From an uncultured Acetatifactor sp. (GTDB taxonomy: Bacteria; Bacillota; Clostridia; Lachnospirales; Lachnospiraceae), in NCBI GenBank assembly GCA_947630715.1, contig CANRIP010000012.1:123-64122 (forward strand): DNA of 64,000 nucleotides, in the 5' to 3' direction. The notes below the pieces were generated by a model that saw nothing but the letters and a program-made list of their open reading frames with translations, did not search any database and had not been told where the DNA came from. Below are positions 57,061 through 64,000 of the stretch, in pieces (the first letter of the stretch is position 1; each line of letters begins with the position of its first letter). The position numbers were made by a program, and so were the translations under genes.

Positions 57061-58038
57061 ATGTCCTTTCTATGGAGCGGAACAACACTTCTACTATCAA
57101 CTATCCATCAAAAAAAGAAACCTTCTCCGACCGATCCATATGTACTTCCGGACTCAGCCCAAAGTCCGGATCCATTCCGGTCAGGCGGACTTGTCCGCCT
57201 GTGCGGGAAACCCCGTTTCATAGAGGGGACATCTCTGCCCGCGCTCCTTTTGGGGAAGGCAGAAGCGAGTATGACCGTGGAAGCTGCTGTTGTGCTGCCG
57301 TTGTTTCTATTTTTCCTGCTGCATCTAGGCTGCGCCATCGAGTTGATCCGACTGCACGGGAATCTGCAGTTGGCCCTGTGGGAAGTCTGCGGCAAAACCG
57401 CCGTCTATGGATATGCGCTGGAGGATCAGTCGTTTGCCCCCTTCTTTTCCGGTCTTTATGTGAGGGAGCAGTTAGTGGAAACCGCAGGAAAGGAATATCT
57501 GGATCAGGCCCCTTTACAAAACGGATCGGCTGGGCTGTCGCTGTGGGAAAGCGATCTTTTTTCGTCCCGGGATGAAATGGATGTGACAGTGACCTATGCA
57601 GTTTCGCCCTGGATCAGCAGCGTTTCGTTTTTGCCCATTCGCATGGCCAATCGTTTCTGCGTCCATATCTGGAACGGATATGAAATACCGGAGAATCCGG
57701 AGGCAGACCAAGTCTGTGAGGATGTGGTCTATATGACTGAAAACGGGGAAGTTTACCATGAAAATCCGGAATGTACCTATCTGCGGCTCCGGATCAGACA
57801 GGTGACAGGACAGGAAGCGCAGAGCGCCGTCAATCTTTTTGGAGAGCGGTATAGCCCCTGTGAAAGATGCCATCCGGATCCGTCCGCGGGGACACTGTAC
57901 CTGACGGAAGAAGGGGAGAGGTATCACGCGTCGGCCGATTGCCCCGGCTTAAAAAGAACGGTGTTGACAGTGCCGAGAAAACGGGGAGAAACCTATCCGC
58001 CCTGCTCAAGATGCGCAAAGGAAGGGGGAGCTGGATGA
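57061..58038 (+). CDS. tadE: TadE-like minor pilin with two C-terminal His/Cys metal-binding modules
   Basis: AS|MTVEAAVVLPLF; VY.TENG..YH....C..L...PCERC and LY.TEEG..YH....C.GL...PCSRC. Confidence 0.82.
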   Translation: MSFLWSGTTLLLSTIHQKKKPSPTDPYVLPDSAQSPDPFRSGGLVRLCGKPRFIEGTSLPALLLGKAEASMTVEAAVVLPLFLFFLLHLGCAIELIRLHGNLQLALWEVCGKTAVYGYALEDQSFAPFFSGLYVREQLVETAGKEYLDQAPLQNGSAGLSLWESDLFSSRDEMDVTVTYAVSPWISSVSFLPIRMANRFCVHIWNGYEIPENPEADQVCEDVVYMTENGEVYHENPECTYLRLRIRQVTGQEAQSAVNLFGERYSPCERCHPDPSAGTLYLTEEGERYHASADCPGLKRTVLTVPRKRGETYPPCSRCAKEGGAG

Positions 58039-58472
58039 TGGGAAAGACAGTGTGTACGGTCATATGGCTGGGCGCGTCGGCCTGGATGGATTTTCGCCGA
58101 AAAAGGGTTTCGATAGGGTTTTTGGCGGTCACGGCCCTGGTGGTGACAGGGATGTGGATTGGGGGAATGCTGAGGGATAAAACGGCAGCGGCGGAAATGC
58201 TTTTCAGTCTTCTTCCCGGGGGAATGCTGACGGTGGCGGCGCTCTTGTCGAAACATGCCGGATGGGCGGATGGGGTGATTCTAATGCTGTTGGGGATGTC
58301 GGCGGGCCTGCGCAGATGTGTTGTGAGTTTCACGGTGAGTATTCTTGCCATATCCATTGTTTCTTTGGTTCTGCTGACGGCAAAACGGGTGCACAGAGAC
58401 ACAAAGATTCCGTATCTGCCGTTTCTGTGGGTGGGTTATGTGGCTCAATTGTTGCTGGAAACGTCCGTGTGA
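58035..58472 (+). CDS. Second A24 prepilin-peptidase-like protein
   Basis: AWMDFR, GWADG, KIPYLPFL; multi-TM; ATGA overlap. Confidence 0.72.
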   Translation: MMGKTVCTVIWLGASAWMDFRRKRVSIGFLAVTALVVTGMWIGGMLRDKTAAAEMLFSLLPGGMLTVAALLSKHAGWADGVILMLLGMSAGLRRCVVSFTVSILAISIVSLVLLTAKRVHRDTKIPYLPFLWVGYVAQLLLETSV

Positions 58473-58549
58473 AACGGAGCCCTGCAAGGGTTTTGACCGC
58501 GCACGGTTTCAAGCGCTGTCAGGCTTTCGTGGGCAACGTGCTCCCAAAC

Positions 58550-58680
58550 AAAGCAACCGAAAAGAGAAAATAACCGAAAAGAGGAAACAATCGAAACGGG
58601 GAAACAGGAAACAAGCAAAAAAGAGGAAACAACCAAAAAGGGAAACAATCGAAAAGAGGTAGTAACCGAAAATGAAACAA
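58550..58680 (+). repeat. Degenerate ~17-18 bp A-rich tandem repeat
   Basis: About 6 units of AA(C/T)CGAAAAGAGGAAAC. Confidence 0.7.
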
Positions 58681-59160
58681 TTAAGGCTATCAGGGACAGA
58701 TACAAAATGCAACGCTTATTTTGCGGTGGAAGCTGCGCTGGTGTTCCCGCTGGTTATGAGCGTGATGCTGATCGGCATTTATCTGTTTTGTTACCAATAT
58801 GACAGATGTCTGCTGGAGCAGGATGCAGGCCGGCTGTTTTTGCTTTGTTATCATGAGTTAAACTGCCGGGATATGGAACAGGAGGAAATCAGGGAACTTT
58901 TCCGTGAGCATATGTCTCAGATCGGCTGGGACAAATATGCGGCCTGGGATGTTACCGCTCTGGATCTTTCCCTGAAGTCCAACAAAGTGATCCTGACCGG
59001 GCGGGGAGAGCTGGTGTTTCCGCTCCCCGGATGGAATCGGTGGAACCACAGCAATGTGTGGGAGGCTGACACGCAAATAAGCTGCGATCGCCTTTCGCCG
59101 GTATTTTTTATCAGGCAGTATCGAAAGCTGCAAAGCGCGGCGCAAAGTAAGGGAACCTGA
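58672..59160 (+). CDS. TadE-like minor pilin
   Basis: NA|YFAVEAALVFPL, YQYDRCLLEQ, SPVFFIR. Confidence 0.75.
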   Translation: MKQLRLSGTDTKCNAYFAVEAALVFPLVMSVMLIGIYLFCYQYDRCLLEQDAGRLFLLCYHELNCRDMEQEEIRELFREHMSQIGWDKYAAWDVTALDLSLKSNKVILTGRGELVFPLPGWNRWNHSNVWEADTQISCDRLSPVFFIRQYRKLQSAAQSKGT

Positions 59161-59231
59161 AATCTGCCCTTGGCATCAGAAGGCGTACATGTCAGAAAAG
59201 CATCCTGAGGATGGATGGAAACGGAGGAGTT

Positions 59232-60542
59232 ATGTTTCAGACAGAATATCTGAGAAATATGAATGCTAATTATGAAAGGATTCTGTTGGATCAAAAACCG
59301 GAAGAAAACAGGTATCAGTATTGTATTTTGAACAGAGGGGGAATCAGGGGACTGCTGCCTTGCAGTTTAAGATATATCAACGGAATGGCCTATTTGTATT
59401 ATGATATTTCTTCCAGACAAAACGTTGCCCAGATGTTTGGCACACGCTGCGTCACCCGAGAGTGGATGAAGGACTTTTTGTGGAGTATGCAGCAGATTCA
59501 GCGGGAATTGAACAGGTTTCTGCTGGACAGCCGCCATATTTTGTGGTATCCGGAGCAGATCTTTCAGGATCTGGAGAGCAACGTGTTTTCTTTCCTGTAT
59601 TTTCCGTATTATGAAGGAGACTGTGGTTTTATGAGTCTTCTTGATTTTTTGGTGGAACACATCGACTATCAGGACGAAGGGCTGGCGGATTGTGTCTTTC
59701 ATATGTATGAACAGATGGAACAAAACGGGGACGTTTATTTGCAGGAGAAGATCTTTGAAGACGGGAAAGCGCTGCAAGAAAAAAGGCAGGATATCAGCGG
59801 GGACGGCGGCGAGATCACCGACGCCCCGCCGGTTTACGGCAAAAACCGGGACAGGATTCAAGACGTTTTACAGGAAAGGGAGCGGGAAACAAAAATGACG
59901 GCGGATGGCATACGGGAAAAGATATTCAAAAATGCTCAGGAGGGATGGAGAAAAAAGCCCGTGGGGGAGGCACGAAACCACATCACGGAATATATGACGC
60001 CGGAAACGGAGCAGGAGGGCGCCGGAGAATCAGAGAAAAGGCAGGGCACAGGGGGGAAAAGGGGCCTGCTTGGCCTTTTGGATCAAAAACGCCGCCGGGA
60101 ACGGGAGACGCGGGAACATTACCGCCTGGATATGCAGCGGGCGCTAAGCGGTTACGGAGTGGCGGAGGATACGGAATACGCGGACGATGCAGAATACACG
60201 GAGGAAGGATACGGGCGTACGGTTTATTTTGCGGAAAAGCCGGAGGAAACGGAACAGATCCGCGGACTGTATACGCCTCAGGGGAAATCTATTGCCAGTC
60301 TGGAACATCCCACCGTCACGGTTGGAAAGAAAAAGGAGGAGGCGGACGTAGTGCTTTCGGACGCCTCGGTCAGCAGGATGCATGCCAGAATTATTCGGGA
60401 GGGTAAGGATTATTATCTGGAGGATTTGAACTCCACCAACGGTACTTATAAAAACGGTCTGCGCTTACAGCCCTATGAAAAGAGAAAACTGGAGACGGGA
60501 GACGAGCTCAGGTGCGGCAGAGTGGAGCTGGTATTTCGCTGA
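59232..60542 (+). CDS. DUF6382-like N-terminal domain plus C-terminal FHA domain protein
   Basis: LYYDISSRQ, FLYFPYY; FHA motifs VGK, VSRMHA, LEDLNSTNGT; RBS GGAGG. Confidence 0.85.
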   Translation: MFQTEYLRNMNANYERILLDQKPEENRYQYCILNRGGIRGLLPCSLRYINGMAYLYYDISSRQNVAQMFGTRCVTREWMKDFLWSMQQIQRELNRFLLDSRHILWYPEQIFQDLESNVFSFLYFPYYEGDCGFMSLLDFLVEHIDYQDEGLADCVFHMYEQMEQNGDVYLQEKIFEDGKALQEKRQDISGDGGEITDAPPVYGKNRDRIQDVLQERERETKMTADGIREKIFKNAQEGWRKKPVGEARNHITEYMTPETEQEGAGESEKRQGTGGKRGLLGLLDQKRRRERETREHYRLDMQRALSGYGVAEDTEYADDAEYTEEGYGRTVYFAEKPEETEQIRGLYTPQGKSIASLEHPTVTVGKKKEEADVVLSDASVSRMHARIIREGKDYYLEDLNSTNGTYKNGLRLQPYEKRKLETGDELRCGRVELVFR

Positions 60543-60700
60543 AATGGGAATCCAGCGCTGAAATGAGGCTAAAATGGGAATCCAACGTATTGATTGAAAA
60601 GAGGAATCACTTATGTTACAATGGAACATATTCAAAGGGAGAAGATGCCTGTCAGGGAGGATATCGAGTCGGCTCCCTGGGGTGAAAGGACAGACGTGGA

Positions 60701-61297
60701 TTGAACAAAGGGAAACAGCGGCCTGTGGTCAGCGCAGCGCTGGCGATCATTAACATAGTCGTTTATATTCTGTGCGTTTTTCAGGGAGAAACGATCTATG
60801 CGAGAGGCGAACTGGACGCTTATCATGTTTTGGCGCAGGGGCAATATGACAGGATCCTTTTTTCCATGTTTTTACACGCCAATGTGAATCATCTGGCCAG
60901 TAATATGATGATCCTGTTTTTTCTGGGTTCCATGATTGAACAGGAAATCGGCCATATCCGCTGCGGCCTGTTATATCTGGGATCCGGCATCTGCGGCGGC
61001 TTTTTGTCGCTGCTGGAAAAGGTTGTGACGCACAGCCGGGCAGCGTCCGTTGGGGCCAGCGGCGCGGTGTTTGGACTGGACGGCGTTTTGCTGGCGATGG
61101 TGCTTTTCTGGGATCGGCGTCTTCCCAATGTGACTTTTCCCAGAGTGATGTTGATGATTCTGTTGTCGCTTTACAGCGGCTTTTCCGGAGGCAATGTGGA
61201 TAACGCCGCTCATGTGGGCGGTTTGCTGTCTGGATTTGTGGGAGGATGTATCGTCTGCCTGATCCAACGAAGGAAATCACGGAAAAACAATCTGTAA
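60701..61297 (+). CDS. Rhomboid intramembrane serine protease
   Basis: FLHA...HL..NM, GASGAVFG, AHVGG. Confidence 0.93.
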   Translation: MNKGKQRPVVSAALAIINIVVYILCVFQGETIYARGELDAYHVLAQGQYDRILFSMFLHANVNHLASNMMILFFLGSMIEQEIGHIRCGLLYLGSGICGGFLSLLEKVVTHSRAASVGASGAVFGLDGVLLAMVLFWDRRLPNVTFPRVMLMILLSLYSGFSGGNVDNAAHVGGLLSGFVGGCIVCLIQRRKSRKNNL

Positions 61298-61336
61298 AGA
61301 GCAAGCATCTTTCAATAGAAACGGAGAGGTGGAAAG

Positions 61337-62341
61337 TTGAATATTCATATTTATTATGGAGGAAGGGGGATCATAGACGATCCCACGCTGTTTGTCCTGA
61401 ATAAAATGCAGGAGATTCTGGAGGAACTGCGGGTCAACGTTACGCGCTATAACCTGTATGAAATGAAGAATACGATCCCCACTCTGCCTCAGACGTTGAA
61501 GGACGCCGACGGCATCATTCTGGCAACGACGGTGGAGTGGTATGGTATCGGCGGTTATATGCAGCAGTTTCTGGATGCCTGCTGGCTATACGGGGACAAG
61601 GAAAAAATTGCCGGAATTTATATGTGTCCTGTGGTTATGTCCACTACCTGGGGAGAGCGGGAGGCAAAGCTGAACTTATCCACGGCCTGGGAAATTCTGG
61701 GAGGTCTGCCATGCAGCGGCATCTGCGGATTTATTGAAAACACAGTGACATTGGAAATGAATGAACAATATATCAGGATTATCGAAAAGAAGGCGGAAAA
61801 TCTGTATCGGACCATCAACCAGCGAATGCCCAGTTTCCCGGCCAGCAACCAGGTGGTGAAACAGAAGGTAGCCGTGCCGAAACCGACAAATCTGACGCCT
61901 CAGGAATCGGAACAGCTCTCCCAGTATGTGGCGGACGATGGGTATGTGCAGCGCCAGAAACAGGATATTCAGGAACTGACCAGTTTGTTCCGGGATATGT
62001 TGAACGAAGAAGGAAATGAAAACGAAGAAGAATTTCTGGGTGCTTTCCGCAAATGTTTTAAACCCCAGCCGGACTTTGAGGCGGATTACTCCGTTGCCAT
62101 AGAAGAAAAGAAAAAGAAACTGGTGCTCAAGGTACACGGCTCCAAATTGGAGTGTTATTATGGAGTTTTGGAAAAACCGGATGTGGAAGTGCAGTTGAAC
62201 CGGGCGTCCATGGAAGAAATTGTGGGCGGTCGCATGAGCTTTCAAAGAGCTTTTATGTCGGGGGTTATGAAGACAAGAGGAGAATTCCGAATCTTAAGAA
62301 CGCTGGACCAGTTGTTTCCTTTTGAAGAAATAAAACAATAA
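61337..62341 (+). CDS. Flavodoxin-like domain fused to an SCP2 lipid-binding domain
   Basis: NIHIYYGG, ADGIILAT, FLD; C-terminal PDV......I..G.MSFQRAFMSG..K..G. Confidence 0.78.
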   Translation: MNIHIYYGGRGIIDDPTLFVLNKMQEILEELRVNVTRYNLYEMKNTIPTLPQTLKDADGIILATTVEWYGIGGYMQQFLDACWLYGDKEKIAGIYMCPVVMSTTWGEREAKLNLSTAWEILGGLPCSGICGFIENTVTLEMNEQYIRIIEKKAENLYRTINQRMPSFPASNQVVKQKVAVPKPTNLTPQESEQLSQYVADDGYVQRQKQDIQELTSLFRDMLNEEGNENEEEFLGAFRKCFKPQPDFEADYSVAIEEKKKKLVLKVHGSKLECYYGVLEKPDVEVQLNRASMEEIVGGRMSFQRAFMSGVMKTRGEFRILRTLDQLFPFEEIKQ

Positions 62342-62412
62342 CCCCATGGCCTGCGGCGGCGGGGTTCCCGCAGACGTTTTCTGGAAAGCCCCGCAGAAAC
62401 GAGGAGAATTCA

Positions 62413-62823
62413 TTGAAAAAAGAAAACTGTATTTTTTGCAAAATTGCAAACGGAGAGATTCCTTCCCGGACGATCTATGAAGATGAAACATTCCGGGTGA
62501 TTCTGGATCTGAATCCGGCCACCAGAGGACATGCGCTGATTCTGCCGAAGGAGCATGCGGACAGTCTGTATGATCTGCCGGAAAACACTGCCGCCGCCGT
62601 TTTGCCTCTGGCAAAGAAACTGGCGTCCATAATGTCCCGGAAGTTAGGATGCGATGGGCTCAACTTGATTCAGAATAACGGTGAAACCGCGGGACAGACG
62701 GTGCCCCATTTTCATCTGCATATGATCCCCCGGTATGGAAACGATGGCCAAAAGATCTCATGGACGCCGGGAAAGCCCACAGAGAAAGAACTGGATGAAG
62801 TCAGAGAGCAGCTTGCGGAATAA
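62413..62823 (+). CDS. HIT-family nucleotide hydrolase
   Basis: CIFCKIANGEIP, GHALILPK, HFHLH triad. Confidence 0.95.
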   Translation: MKKENCIFCKIANGEIPSRTIYEDETFRVILDLNPATRGHALILPKEHADSLYDLPENTAAAVLPLAKKLASIMSRKLGCDGLNLIQNNGETAGQTVPHFHLHMIPRYGNDGQKISWTPGKPTEKELDEVREQLAE

Positions 62824-62871
62824 ATCCGCGGAAGGCATCCGCCTGAATCGGGTAGAGGTCAGGACACTGTT

Positions 62872-63714
62872 ATGAGAATATTTGATGTAGCCGAAATTAC
62901 CAGAAATATAAAAGAGATGTGCATAGAGGCCAATTACTCCTTGACGGAGGATATGGTAAGCGTGATCAGGGAGGCCGCCAAAAATGAGGAATCCCCTTTG
63001 GGCCGCCGGATTCTGAACCAGTTGGATGAGAACATGAAAATTGCCGGAGAAGATCAGGTTCCGATTTGTCAGGACACAGGCATGGCGGTTATTTTTATGG
63101 ACATCGGGCAGGAGGTGCATTGGGAAGGCGGGTTCCTGGAGGATGCCATTCAGGAGGGCGTCAGACAGGGGTATCAGGAAGGATTTTTGCGGAAATCAGT
63201 GGTAGGGGATCCTTTCGGCCGTGTGAATACTGGCGACAACACGCCTGCGGTCATTCATTATCAGATCGTTCCCGGTGACTCCGTGAGAATTACGGTGGCG
63301 CCGAAAGGGTTCGGCAGTGAAAATATGAGCAGGATTTTTATGCTGAAACCGGCTGACGGCGTAGAAGGCGTGAAAAACGCGGTGATATCGGCGGTGAAGG
63401 ACGCCGGCCCCAACGCCTGCCCTCCTGTGGTTGTGGGCGTTGGCATTGGCGGAACCTTTGAAAAATGCGCGCTGCTTGCCAAGCGGGCTTTGACGCGGCC
63501 TGTTGATCAGCGTTCCGGGATTGCCTCTATAAGAGAATTGGAACAGGAGCTTTTGGAGAAAATCAACCGAACCGGGATAGGGCCGGGAGGCCTGGGAGGT
63601 ACTACCACGGCGCTGGCCGTGAATATTGAAACCTATCCCACGCATATAGCCGGACTTCCTGTGGCGGTCAATATGTGCTGCCATGTTAACAGGCATGCGG
63701 TGAGAGTTCTGTGA
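62872..63714 (+). CDS. Fe-S fumarate hydratase/tartrate dehydratase alpha subunit
   Basis: PICQDTG, PKGFGSEN, NACPP, GIGPGGLGG, CHVNRH. Confidence 0.93.
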   Translation: MRIFDVAEITRNIKEMCIEANYSLTEDMVSVIREAAKNEESPLGRRILNQLDENMKIAGEDQVPICQDTGMAVIFMDIGQEVHWEGGFLEDAIQEGVRQGYQEGFLRKSVVGDPFGRVNTGDNTPAVIHYQIVPGDSVRITVAPKGFGSENMSRIFMLKPADGVEGVKNAVISAVKDAGPNACPPVVVGVGIGGTFEKCALLAKRALTRPVDQRSGIASIRELEQELLEKINRTGIGPGGLGGTTTALAVNIETYPTHIAGLPVAVNMCCHVNRHAVRVL

Positions 63715-63768
63715 ATGATGTTTCGTGGAAAGGCCGGAAAGGCAAACTGAAAACCGAGGTGTGAATCC

Positions 63769-64000
63769 ATGGATAAGTATATCAGTGTTCCGTTTGACCA
63801 GGCGGTTTCGGATTCTCTGAAGGCGGGCGATTATGTGTATCTGTCCGGAACCGTTTACACGGCAAGAGACGCGGCTCATAAGAGAATGTATGAGGCGCTG
63901 CAAAAGGGGGCGGAACTTCCCCTGGATATGAAGGACAACGTGATTTATTATATGGGGCCGTCCCCCGCCAGAACAGGGCGGGCAATCGGTTCCGCGGGGC
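63769..64000 (+). CDS. Fe-S fumarate hydratase beta subunit (partial, runs off the window)
   Basis: Manual translation MDKYISVP..LKAGDYVYLSGTVYTARDAAHKR..YYMGPSPA..IGSAG. Confidence 0.92.
   Translation, partial: MDKYISVPFDQAVSDSLKAGDYVYLSGTVYTARDAAHKRMYEALQKGAELPLDMKDNVIYYMGPSPARTGRAIGSAG

Overview
A gene-dense bacterial chromosomal window, most likely from a flagellated, spore-forming Lachnospiraceae (Clostridia). This assignment is inferred from gene families (YtvI, YaaL/BofA, DUF6240-flagellin, Flp1-type tad locus), not from a marker gene. It holds about 50 CDSs and two tRNAs (Pro-CGG, Lys-CTT). Housekeeping genes include rsmF-, rluA- and rlmI-like enzymes, rsmA, tatD, glgB and a split fumarate hydratase. 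Other blocks are a PssA/Psd lipid operon, two c-di-GMP enzymes, a heterodimeric ABC exporter, an AT-richer two-component islet, an MBOAT/DHHW acylation operon, a sigma28-driven DUF6240-flagellin-FliS module and a Tad/Flp pilus locus. No CRISPR array, integrase, transposase or phage genes were seen. The most striking observations are: (1) an XRE-HTH protein fused to a FliM-N-like peptide and a close CheY homologue; (2) an adjacent exosortase with its VIT/VWA 'YSEP'-tailed substrate in a monoderm; (3) a flagellin translationally coupled to a 1002-aa FliK-like protein; (4) a TadE pilin with two His/Cys metal-binding modules; (5) recurrent purine-rich tandem repeats that start at stop codons, including a 10-hairpin array upstream of HAD-rsmA. 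Family names come from motif recognition by eye; no searches were run.
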